Positions 1 to 11,111 of a stretch of DNA of 64,000 bases are shown piece after piece. The position numbers and the translations under genes were made by a program. The stretch's first letter is position 1, and every line of letters begins with the position of its first letter. The notes beneath the pieces are model-generated. The model saw only the letters and a list, made by a program, of their open reading frames with translations, searched no databases and was not told the origin of the DNA. The stretch spans positions 71,176,001 to 71,240,000 of the forward strand of contig OX597814.1 of assembly GCA_951406725.2 (NCBI GenBank). The letters run 5' to 3'. Source of the DNA: Octopus vulgaris. Its lineage: Eukaryota.

Positions 1-214
1 CGGCCATAATAGGCCATTCACCCACTAGAAATAACAGCCAAAAGCTTTAACCGCAAAATAACGTTAATTCCGTAAACCAGGAGAAAATTGAAAAGACATT
101 TACCCTGTAATTTCTTAGACGATGCACCGTTTCGACGATTTGAAAATTTTAGGTCAGATATTGACGAGGTAGCAACGAGAATGCCTCGTGAAAAATATCT
201 GTTCCGGCTTGGCT

Positions 215-321
215 ATTTCTTACTGATGATTCTAAGGGCCTATGGTGGATTGGCTTGATTTAATTTAATCAGGTTAGTTTTCCATTAAACAGAAGATGAA
301 ACGGTGCATCGTCTAAGAAAT
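215..321 (+). ncRNA. Type I hammerhead ribozyme with long stem II (copy 1)
   Basis: Stem I ATTTCTTA(215-222)/TAAGAAAT(314-321); CTGATGA 223-229; long GU-rich stem II hairpin; GAAA 298-301; stem III ACG-GTGCAT-CGT; GUC site 311-313. The 10.1-11.1 position is a U-U mismatch. Confidence 0.75.
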
Positions 322-706
322 TACAGGGTAAATGTTTTTCAATTTTCTCCTGGTTTACGGAATTAACGTTATTTTGCGGTTAAAGCTTTTGGCTGTTATT
401 TCTAGTGGGTGAATGGCCTATTATGGCCGTTCCTTGATTGTTGATGTTGAACTTAAAAATAGTTTATGACTATTTAATTTTTTCCCACTAGGCCGCTGGT
501 GGCAAAAGAATTCTATAAAATTTTTTTTGCCACCCTATATTGATTAATTATGAATTTTCTGGTTAATTCCGTAATGGAATCGGCGGCTTATATTTATTTG
601 CTGCCGATAAATTTGGCGCGAGTGCGACGATTTGAAAATTTTAGGTCAGATATTGACGAGGTAGCAACGAGAATGCCTCGTGAAAAATATCTGTTCCGGC
701 TTGGCT

Positions 707-813
707 ATTTCTTACTGATGATTCTAAGGGCCTATGGTGGATTGGCTTGATTTAATTTAATCAGGTTAGTTTTCCATTAAACAGAAGATGAAACGGTGCA
801 TCGTCTAAGAAAT
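707..813 (+). ncRNA. Type I hammerhead ribozyme (copy 2)
   Basis: Same sequence as 215-321 shifted by 492 bp; CTGATGA 715-721; GUC 803-805. Confidence 0.75.
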
Positions 814-1099
814 TACAGGGTAAATGTTTTTCAATTTTCTCCTGGTTTACGGAATTAACGTTATTTTGCGGTTAAAGCTTTTGGCTGTTATTTCTAGTGG
901 GTGAATGGCCTATTATGGCCGTTCCTTGATTGTTGATATATATATATATATATATATAACTTACTTGGAAGAAACGAAACGAAACGACGCGAGGGCGCTC
1001 AGTCATACAAATTTAATAAATAAAATATATGCATGCATACATACATATATGTACGTACCTACATCTACATGTATATATACATGCATATATAAATATATA

Positions 1100-1580
1100 T
1101 ACGTGAGTACAGGACACCACAAATCGACGTAGAACTCAACGAGAAACGAAAACGTAAAAACAAACATGGAAACGGACCTTTTTTTAACAACGAAAAAACA
1201 GAGTACAAGACAAACAACACAAGGAAAATTCCCTTTCATCAGCTGTCCCTAGTTCGACTCCATACGTGTTTCGAAGGTGAGGACAGAACACGACTCGTCA
1301 AACTAGCCCTTCCTGCGAAAGAATTAAATAAAATTCCTTTGCAGAGGGGTAAAAACAAGGAAAGAAAAAAATATGACAAAAACAGTACGTAAAATCGATA
1401 CAAATAAAATTACAAAATAAAATACAAAATAAAAATACAATTACAAAAAAATACAGTACAAGAAATAAAAACAAACAAGAAAACAAACAATGAGGGCCTT
1501 TTTTGGCCTAGACGAGGAAAGATTTTTTAAGAGCGCAGGAAAAAAGCGTGTTCACTTGTAGGAGGCCGCAACATTTATTA
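1100..1580 (-). mobile_element. PLE-like 3' terminal fragment carrying a permuted HHR
   Basis: Flanked by TA-rich tracts. The terminal motif GTACAGGAC(A/G)(C/T)CAC is shared with about 41616 and about 43384. HHR at 1231-1306. Confidence 0.55.
1231..1306 (-). ncRNA. Non-circularly permuted (pseudoknotted) hammerhead ribozyme
   Basis: Minus strand reads CUAGUUUGAC gagu CGUGU U CUGUCC uca CCUUC GAAA CACG uaugga GUCGAACUAG GGACAG CUGAUGA AAGGG. Stem III CGUGU/ACACG; stem I CUGUCC/GGACAG; stem II CCUUC/AAGGG (imperfect); extra 10-bp stem. Confidence 0.75.
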
Positions 1581-1593
1581 AATATATATTTAT

Positions 1594-1701
<108 letters not shown>

Positions 1702-1770
1702 TTACATTTCTAAATTTCTCAGAGAGAGTTATGCAGTAACAGCACGATAAAGTAATGGCTTGTTACCAAT

Positions 1771-1917
1771 TTAATGTGGCAGTCCCAGGAAAGGAAAGAA
1801 AGTTACTGTTATTTAGCCCCAAGAAACACCGCTTGTGTCGTGTAGCCAACTAGAAACGGTGTTTCTTGGAGCTAAATAACAGTAACATTGTTCCTTTTCC
1901 TGGGACTGCCACATTAA
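1771..1917. mobile_element. Hairpin/foldback MITE-like inverted repeat
   Basis: TTAATGTGGCAGTCCCAGGAAA...GAAACACCG pairs with CGGTGTTTCTT...CCTGGGACTGCCACATTAA; arms of about 60 bp around a loop of about 25 bp. Confidence 0.65.
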
Positions 1918-1981
1918 GTTATATATATTATATATATATAACTGTTATTATTATCATTCTCTCCTTGTTTCTTTCTGTGTC

Positions 1982-2019
1982 CCTTTCTGTAGAAGAGCGT
2001 TGGCTCGAAACGTAAAAAA
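1982..2019 (+). ncRNA. Minimal PLE-type HHR, A6U core variant
   Basis: CTGTAGA 1987-1993; GAGC/GCTC stem II; GAAA 2007-2010; palindromic ACGT stem III; GUA site. Confidence 0.55.
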
Positions 2020-2364
2020 GACTTTTTCTATTCCTGAGCGTTATACTAATACATCTGTTTGTTTTGTACACCACCTGTCTTCGTCTTTTGTTTTTTTCGT
2101 AAACTCTCCCTATATATCACACGCTCACGTGGTCGCACATGTTGATCCTGTCATTTCTTACCACACACGAACTGGACTCTCTATCTACCCTTTACAGATT
2201 CTCTTTTGGACATTTACCCTCCGGCTGCACCTCTCCTACCTGCGGATCACTGTGGACTCTACTCTTGATGAGAAATCCTTGCAATGCACCACGACGTCAA
2301 AAACCTTTGAACTTTATGTAAAACTGTTATTATTATCATCCTCTCCTTGTTTTTTTTCTGTGTC

Positions 2365-2402
2365 CCTTTCTGTAGAAGAGCGTAGGCTCGAAACGTAAAA
2401 GG
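2365..2402 (+). ncRNA. Minimal PLE-type HHR, A6U core variant
   Basis: CCTTT/AAAGG stem I; CTGTAGA 2370-2376; GAGC-GTAG-GCTC; GAAA 2390-2393; CGTA. Confidence 0.6.
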
Positions 2403-2477
2403 CTTTTTCTATTCCTGAGCGTTATACTAATATAACGTTATACTAATACATCGTCCTTTGGTTTTTTCGTAAACTCT

Positions 2478-2537
<60 letters not shown>

Positions 2538-2540
<3 letters not shown>

Positions 2541-2626
2541 AGGGAAACCACCATGTGGACACCCATATGCTAGAAATAGATCCGCTACGGTCTCACCACC
2601 AAGAAATGTTCTCTTATTTTAAATTT

Positions 2627-2667
<41 letters not shown>

Positions 2668-2900
2668 GATGAACTGAGGTAGGAATAAAAGTCATAAAAG
2701 TCATATTGTGAATTGTTAAAGAGATTCAAGCATACCGTTTTCATAAGTTACTAATCATTGCTTTGAATACAACTATTCATTGCTTTGAATGCACACCGAT
2801 TAATAAACGGTGTAAGGTCTATTAGTCCCTGATGAAAAAGATTATGTGTAATGAAGGTAAGAAGTTCTGGATTTAGTGCAATTAGGTTAGATATAGAATT
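2538..2900 (-). mobile_element. Decayed PLE-like terminal fragment (relative of 40580-41190)
   Basis: 2540-2612 is approximately the reverse complement of about 40993-41068; TA-flanked. Confidence 0.5.
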
Positions 2901-4114
2901 GTGATGTGTCTGGTGTAAGGGATGTATGGGGGTAAGTGGTATTAATTGAAAGTTTAGTAATGCTCTGTATTATGTTATGTGTTCATATTTAGTTGGAGAA
3001 GGTATAGAATAGGGACATGACTTGCAAGCTTCAAAGTGAATGTTGGCTCACCTAGAAATAGCCGCTAAATTTACACTAATTTACACCCTACCATAAATGG
3101 AAGGATATATTGAATATTGTAGTCCAAGATACTCTATGGCTGATACTCTGTGGTTCAAAACAAATCGCGATGGACAGGCTTGTGGTTAAACAATAAAGGA
3201 CTGAATGTATCTTCTCCTAAATATATTGTTTCCATTGTTTGTTACAAGTAACACCAGAGAACATCTAATACAACTAACCATCACACTTAACAAAATAAAC
3301 ATACTACTCTCACACGCGCACAGAAGACAAACATATTCACAAAACGCGCAGAAAACATCGTAAAACAATGCAGAAACATATTTAGGCCACCATAAATAAG
3401 CAAGTATTGTTGGAAAAAAAAAGAAAATATGTTACATTCACAATTTTCATAATAAATTACAAAGAACACAAATCATTGATTACGTACAGATCACATTCAT
3501 AGACCTTTAACACAACGAAACAAAATACTAAAAATGAAAGATCAGTCTGATATGCCAGAGATATAATATGTTACAACAGAATGTTTTAGGATCTTAGTAT
3601 TTCATGCAAAATCACCATAAAGCATACAGATATATCAACACCTCTCAAAAAAATTATCAAACTTTAAAAACGCATACATAAATTGTAGCAGCATCAACAG
3701 CTTCATGATCCCCAGTAGTATACTGGGATGCAAACCATAATAAGTGCACAGTAACAACTGTCGTGCTCAAATTTTGATCGCCACTTCCTGGCCATCAGTA
3801 AAATCTCTCTCCAATTATATTACATAAACTTATCTCAGATGTACTATGCTTGAGTAAAGTATGGATGGTCACTGCTAGAACAATTTTCTCGTTAAATCTG
3901 ATTTATTAATGCTGACATGGGTAACACGAACAACGAGCAAACAACTACGCCACTGAAAATATATCTACGTATTAAGCTACTTTTTTTTAAATCATTAATT
4001 GACGAATAATTGTTGTGTAAGTTTGTAACTAACAACCTGACAATTTTTGCTTCTTTGCTGCAAAAGAAAAAAATGCTCCTATGAATATCTATATCCAATA
4101 TTTAGATTCAATTA

Positions 4115-4250
4115 AGGTGGCGAGCAGGCAGACTCGTAAGCATGCTAACCAATTTGCTTAGCAGAATTTCGTCCGTCTTTACGTTCTGAATTCAAATTCC
4201 ACCGAGGTTGACTTCACCTTTCATCCTTTCGGGGTTGGGGTCGATGTAAG
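4115..4250 (+). mobile_element. Octopus-type tRNA-derived SINE, degenerate
   Basis: GGTGGCGAGCAGGCAGA...TTCTGAATTCAAATTCCACCGAGGTTGACTTCACCTTTCATCCTTTCGGGGT, homologous to 33141-33372. Confidence 0.75.
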
Positions 4251-5040
4251 GTAATGATAAGCAATATAAATTTTGACTATCAGGGTCATGTGCAGTCAAA
4301 TGTATGTGAAAGAATGTAAACTAATATCTATTGTTCCTCTTTTGAAGGGCAAAGCGGAATTTACATAATCGGTTCAAACTTTAACTAGTGTTTTCATTGC
4401 ATTAGTTTACGGAGAGAGGACAGTGACTAAAATTTGTGCCAGTCATTATTAGGTATTCCTTACTATACATTTCAGTCTATACAGCATCATTAATTAAATG
4501 ACTAAATCGCCAACAAAAGTATTATTATACAAAACAGACCAACAGGTTTATCTGAATTATAATATGTAGTTGTCTATATATTAATATGTATTGTGACTTA
4601 TTTAAATACCTATAGCGATTTAGCTTTACGAAACAAACTTGATATTTTGATTGTTTCCGTATTTTACTGTTTTCTACAGCAGTACAAATCTCATGCGTTT
4701 CTAATTTCTGTACCACTAATAAAAGTATGATACGTGTGTCTATATATTTCCGTGAACGCCTGTATGTAAGAAACACGATCATGTCCAGGTAATATATAAA
4801 ATATATTTCAATATGTTGATTGGTTTCATTGTGAATTATATCCTTGTTTTATCAATATTTAATATACCATTATATTATTGCTCTAAATCTGATTAGATTT
4901 ACACTTTTAGTGAGCTCTCCGCTAATTGCTTTACACAAAAGAATTATTTTCGTCACAGTTGGGAATTTGTGTGTGTGTGTGTGTGTGTGTGCGTGCGCGC
5001 GCGCGCATGTGTGTGTACGTATGTATGTATGTATGTATGT

Positions 5041-8000
5041 CAGGTCACTTTCGAGTGCTACTGGTAACATGTAACCCAGTACAACCTGTTGCATGGTCGG
5101 GTCGTCGTCGGCGACTAAACCGGCAACCCCACCAAGCTTGCTTGGTGAGGAGGGTGTTTATTGGACACCCTGCTGGATGAAAAACAAAACCCGTCAAAGA
5201 GCGGAGGCACTCTTGAGAGTCAACGGCCATCCAATACATGTCTTAAGACTGTATCATGTGCGGAGAAATAGAAATAACCGGACTGAATACCCGATCGCGC
5301 GGTTAAACCACTGGGAATGAAGGACTCCTAGCCTTTGTTAGGGCATCCTTCTAGGAGAAGGTAACTCAGGTAACTGGGATAACTCAGATATAAAACCACA
5401 AGTCCTCTGAATGTCCTGAAAGAAGGACTGTGCTTGTTGCGAAGGAGCTTCAACGCTATGATCTTGACATCGTTGCTTTATCTGAGACGAGATTACCTGG
5501 AGATGGTCATCTTACAGAATCTTGTGGAAAATATACATTCTTTTGGAAAGGGAGAGATGAAGAGCTTAGCGGAGAAGCTGGAGTGGCATTTGCTGTTAAG
5601 ACTACTCTTGTGGACAAGTTGGAAGAATTCCCAATCGGAATTAACGAGCGTCTTATGTCCATGAGAATTCTTTTGGCTAAAGGAAATTATATGAACTTGG
5701 TGAGTGTGTATGCTCCAAATATGTGCTACACTGATGACGAAAAACTTTCTTTCTACCATGCTTTGAAGGGCATTATAAGAAATATCCCTCGGGCAGACAA
5801 AGTCATTGCACTGGGTGACTTTAATGCTAGAGTGGGTAGGGATTTTAACACATGGACTGTAATTGGAAAGCATGGGGTGGGGAAGTGTAATAGTAATGGC
5901 ATGCTTTTGCTGCAGATGTGTGAGGAGCTGAGTCTGTGTGTACCAATACCATGTTTCAACAAAAGAATAAGCTTAAGACTACATGGATGCACCCTGCATC
6001 TAAAGAATGGCATATTCTGGATTACATCCTAGTTAGGGTGCGTGACAGACAGGATGTGCAGTGTGTTCGTGTTCTTCGTGGAGCTGAGTGTTGGACTGAC
6101 CACCGCCCAGTACGTGCAAAAGTGAAATTAGTCACAAAACATAAAATCCGAGCTGCAGGGATGACCCTGCCTAAAAGACTGAATGTTGATCGTCTTAGGT
6201 ATAATAGTGTGAAGAGAACTTTACGAGAGGAAATGAATGCTGCAGATATTAGGGAGGATTGGCCGACTCTTAAAAAGTCAGTTTATGATATAGGCAAAAA
6301 AGTTATGGGATTGATACAAAGAAAGCATCAAGATTGGTTCAAAGAAAATGATGAACATATAGATGATTTATTGGCTGATAAAAGACGTACTTTGTCACGC
6401 TATTTGTCAGCAAAGTCACAGGAAAGGGAAATGTTGCATAGGGAACTCAAGGACGTAAAATCTCGTGTGAGGCAAAAGCTCTCTCAGATGAGGGATACGT
6501 GGTGGAGTAAGAAGGCTGACGAGATACAGGCGGCATCAGATTCCAATAACACAAAGCTGTTGTATGGTCTCTTGCAAGAAATTTATGGACCGACATCTTC
6601 CCTGATGACACCACTTCGAAGCAGGGATGGTAAAGAACTTCTTCGTGATTCACAAGGAATTCTGCAAAGGTGGCAAGAACACTTTGATGAACTTTTGAAT
6701 CAGCAGTCTGTAGTTAGTGAGGATGTTCTCAATCTCATCCCTGGATTACCTGTGAAGGCAGCACTCGCAGAACCACCAAAGTTGGAAGAAGTTGCAATGG
6801 CTGTCTCAAGGTTGAATAATGGGAAGTATCCGGGTATGGATAGAATACATGCGGAGTTGTTACAACATGGTGGTGAGAAAATTCTGCAGAAACTTCACTC
6901 TTTGTTTGGTAAGGTATGGACTAGTGAATCTGTACCTGAGGACTGGAGAGATGCAGTAATGGTGGTCCTGTATAAGGGAAAGGGCAACAGGAATGATTGT
7001 GGTAATTATAGGGGAATATCATTGCTGTCTGCTGTAGGAAAGGTTTTATGCAGAATACTTCTGGATCGTCTGCTGAAATACATTGCAGATTGTGTTCTTC
7101 CAGAAAGTCAATCTGGCTTTCGTGTGGGACGCAGCACTGCTGATATGATCTTTTCAGCTAGACAGCTTCAGGAAAAGTGTGTGGAACAGGGTCTGGATTT
7201 GTATCAGGTGTTTGTCGATCTGACAAAAGCCTTTGATACCGTCAATAGAAAAGCATTGTGGAAAGTCCTCCAGAAACTTGGGTGTTCTGAAAAGTTCCTT
7301 GCTTTGGTCAGGTCTTTTCATGAAGACATGAATGGTAGGGTGAATGTTAGAGGAAAGATGTCGGAGCCCATTTCAATACAAAATGGAGTGAAACAGTGGG
7401 ATATTCTGGCACCGACCCTATTTTCCATATATTTCGCGATGGTGTTCTGTATTGCATTCAGAAACTGCAGATACGGTGTTTACGTCCATTATCGAACCTC
7501 TAGCAGCATATTTAATATCAGGCGCCTTGCTGCAAAAAACAAAGATATTTACCTCTATCATAAGAGACCTTTCGTATGCTGATGATTGTGAGCTAGTAGC
7601 ACACACAGAGATTGATATGCAACACATTTTGAATGCATTCTCTGATGCTTGCACTGCCTTAGGATTGACAGTCAATCTCAAGAAAACTGTTGTCATGCAT
7701 CAACCTGCCCCTGGTAAGCAGTATAGTGTACCAAATATCTATGTGAATGGTAAACGACTTGATGTAGTCGATCAGTTTGTCTACCTGGGAAGCACTATTA
7801 ATAGATATGGCAATGTGGATGATGAAGTTCCATATAGAATTAGGAAAGCAAGTGTTGCTTTCGGAAGGCTAGAAAAGCGCCTCTGGAGTTGGCGAGACAT
7901 ATGCAGAAAGACAAAGATAAAGGTGTACAAGGCATGTGTGCCCCCTTCTCTTCTCTATGCCTGCGAGACGTGGGTCACAGATCGATACCACCTTAAACAT

Positions 8001-8780
8001 CTGGAACGTTTCCATCAGATGTGCTTCAGACGGATCTATAGCATTAAGTGGAAGGACCGCATCAGTGATCTTGAAATACTCGAAGGCTCTCGGTGTGAAA
8101 GTATAGAAGCTCTTGTGGCTTAGATGCCAAAACAACGCTTTTATGGAGAGTTAGCTAAAGGAGAACGACCTCCACATAAACCAAAAAAGAGGTATAAGGA
8201 CTTACTGAAGGCTTCCTTAAGAGATGCTTGCATCTCTCCTGACACATGGGAAGGCATAGCTATTGATCGTAGCAGGTGGAGAAGGATTGTGCATGAGGGG
8301 ACAGCCACGTTTGAGAAATCTCGAGTTGCACATGAGAAAGTAAGGAGGGATGTCAGGAAGGGCATCGCTGTTACACTTCCAGAAGGGAAGGGTCTTCCTT
8401 TGATTCTGACATGCAATGTCTGTGTAAGACCCTGCCTTAGTAAAGCTGGACTCATGAGTCATCTTCGTAGTCATAAATCGAGACAGATGAGTGACAACCT
8501 GGCCACTGGTAGTGGTGTAACACACCATACTAATCATATCTGTCGGGCATGTGGAAGAGAGTGTAATTCGGCAGGAGGACTTAAACGACATGCAAAGGTA
8601 CATGAAGCCCAGTTACAACTACAGCCGGTTATTACCAGTAAAGGTCTCAGTTGCCAATTTTGTAAAAGACATTGTAGATCTTTAGCTGGGCTAAAAAGTC
8701 ACATTCGATCATAGCACCAGTAACGGTTAAGCTTCGTGCAATGGCCATACTCGATAACGAGGGGGCAGCCATAAAAGAAA
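5041..8780 (+). mobile_element. RTE-clade (BovB-like) LINE, near full length, disrupted
   Basis: Structured 5' UTR, APE endonuclease, RT and C-terminal zinc fingers, short 3' hairpin; (ATGT)n on both sides. Confidence 0.93.
5430..8723 (+). pseudogene. RTE ORF: APE endonuclease, reverse transcriptase and three C2H2 fingers, frameshifted
   Basis: DIVALSETR, SVYAP, LGDFNARVG, LDYIL, WTDH, NYRGISLL, FVDLTKAFD, GVKQWDILAP, YADD; fingers CNVC..H..H, CRAC..H..H, CQFC..H. Frameshifts at about 5940 and 7540; stop and deletion at about 8121. Confidence 0.92.
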
Positions 8781-11111
8781 TGTATGTATGTATGTATGTA
8801 TGTATGTATGTATGTATGTATGTATGTATGTATGTATGTATGTATGTATGCAATTTTTGAAATTGATCAAATGATTTCTCATTAACTGCAAGAGTAGTTA
8901 TAAAAAGAAATTAAATTTGTCTGGGTTCCAAAGCTGTAATAATCTACTTTCCCAAAGAATAGGATAGACACCGATACTATATGATCGTCAGCTAGAGTTA
9001 TAAACATTACGAAATTATTGACTGAATTAACATGAATTCCGCCGGGTTAAGGTGGCTGCCTTTCAGCTCAGTAACGAATTTTTTTACTTGTTGAAAATAA
9101 TTAAAACTCTAATGAGAATCATTTACTATGCTACAACAAAACGCTAGCGCAGTGCCAATAATATTTGGTGACATGCTTAAAACAGACGTTCTTGCTCCAT
9201 AAATCTTCTGGAATTCAAAGTTTCTTTCATCCTATATCTAACTGTCCAATAAATCTCTTTTCATTATCTTCTGCGACAATCACTGGCATACTAAACAGCT
9301 GGCTATAGTCTTTACCATCTTTCCCCCTCTCTTTATTAAACCCACTCTCTTACTTCACTTACACCTTTCTTTTCTCTCTTCCCCATTCAAGCTCTATTTT
9401 TTTTTTTCTTTGTCTTATTCTCCTCTTTCGCACGTTCTCTCAATCCTGCTTCTTTTTTTTATAATGCTTCATTCCTCACGTTTCCGTCAACATGTACGAA
9501 CTCTCTCTCTCTCTCACACACACACACATTCTCTCTCATACATACACTCATGATCATTGAGACCCAGTCGTAAATGGAATTACAACAGACTTTTCTTTTG
9601 TTATGAATCAGCATGATGTCATATTTTATGAATTAACAAGCGGCAGCACGCTATCTTTTAGTTAATATATTTTTTGTCAATGACATGGGCTTTTATACAT
9701 ATACATAGTAATTATTTAGTGTGTATTTTTGCACGAGAGGAAGGGGTTAAATGACGAAATCCTTCAAGTCGGTGAATAAATAACAAAGGAAGAGTTGATA
9801 ATCACTGACGATTACTTGATGGCTCAAATTACTTTTAGTAGCAGTTGTTGATGTTGTTGTTTCACCTCAGATGAGTTCTGACCTACAATTAATGTCTTCC
9901 AGTCGTAACCAGACCATGTTCTACATTTTGTTTGTTTACATGGTTACTTCCTTCTGAAGGCAAATCGATTGATTTTTGGCTGCTATTTTTAACAGATAAA
10001 TCGGACAGTGACACCCTTAGTTGTTTTCGTTTAACCCCATGTTAGTCTTAAATGAGTAGGTGTATGATAAAAAACGGTTGCAACTGTGATCAGCCTATTT
10101 GTTTGAATACCAGTGTGTCCTTATCTTTGATTTTTCTTTCAAGATGGTATATGGTGTTAAGCAAATAAAAATTCTTTCACTGATTTGTAGTCGCTTTGAT
10201 ATATATATATGTGTGTGTGTGTACGTATGTATACCTTAGGTTATACATTTAATTAAACAACTGTTCCCTTCAAAATTGATGTTTTGGGTTTTTTTTTTTT
10301 TTTGCTGTCGTTGATGTTTCTCTTCACCCAAAGATGCTTTTGAAAGAAATTCGGTTTTGATTTTGCGGCGGATGTAAAGTAAAAATTTGAAAATAAAAGA
10401 AAAAGAACATATGAGAACAAACAACGCAGGTGTTTGCAATAACTTCAAATAAACTATGCAACAATCCGGATACTTATTGATTAGAGCACGTAACGCATTC
10501 TGTGTGGGTTCGTAATTGGTGTCGCTTCACTTGCGTAATTGGTGTCACTTCACTTGCGAGAAATGCACAAGCAAACCGATTATCTCAATATATAGACATA
10601 TATAGACATAGACTAACCAAATAAATGAGCTTTGTGGTGTGATGTCGCGCATTCAGATCTTGCTTAGTACGTTACTCAAACCAAACGGATTTTTCCATAC
10701 GAACAAAGAAGCTAGGTCGCCTGACCTGCAAGAAATAGCATCCAAATCTCCTTCAACTCACTTATATTAAATAAATACGTTTGTCAGAATTGAAACGCAT
10801 TCCATTATTCTTTCTCTCTCTTTCTGTCATTCTCGCTCGCCCTCACTCACTCACTATATATATGTACATATACATGCATATACATATGTATGCATATGTA
10901 TACATATAAAAAGACAAAGACATTCATACAAACATACATATGTGGTCTGATCAATAAGTACCCGGACTGTTGTCACAGTAACGAAGCTAAAGCATGCAGA
11001 GTAAATCCGCATGGCTTTAGCTTCATTACTATGGCAACAGTCAGAACACTTATTGATCAGACCTCGTACATATGTATATTTATATATACTTTATTTAAAA
11101 GTATATATATA

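Larger units (their letters stand above)
1..938 (+). mobile_element. Non-autonomous Penelope-like pseudo-LTR array (inverted partial copy plus two direct copies, 492-bp period)
   Basis: 1-133 is the reverse complement of about 298-429. 133-446 recurs almost identically at 625-938 and ends in (TA)n. Each direct copy carries an HHR. An inverted-plus-tandem arrangement is typical of PLE insertions. Confidence 0.8.
1938..2480 (+). mobile_element. PLE 3' UTR/pseudo-LTR tandem (383-bp period) with two minimal HHRs
   Basis: 1938-2112 is repeated at about 2322-2480, flanked by (TA)n. Each copy has CTGTAGA-A-GAGC-loop-GCTC-GAAA-CGTA. Confidence 0.7.

Noticed and set aside
550-750. 66-aa ORF in the pseudo-LTR repeat
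   Set aside because: Short, with no recognisable motif, and it overlaps the HHR; no support for coding.
2829-2835. CTGATGA on the plus strand as an HHR core
   Set aside because: No matching stem II, GAAA or stem I downstream; any HHR in this fragment is on the minus strand and too decayed to call.
3040-3190. Recurrent motif TAGAAATAGC..C.AAAT.. (also about 9975, 10730, 22155, 26910)
   Set aside because: Probably an old dispersed repeat, but the copies are too decayed to delimit or classify by eye.
5041-5240. HDV-like or twister ribozyme in the RTE leader
   Set aside because: I could not assign P1/P3/L3 (HDV) or the twister core by eye; kept only as an unassigned structure.
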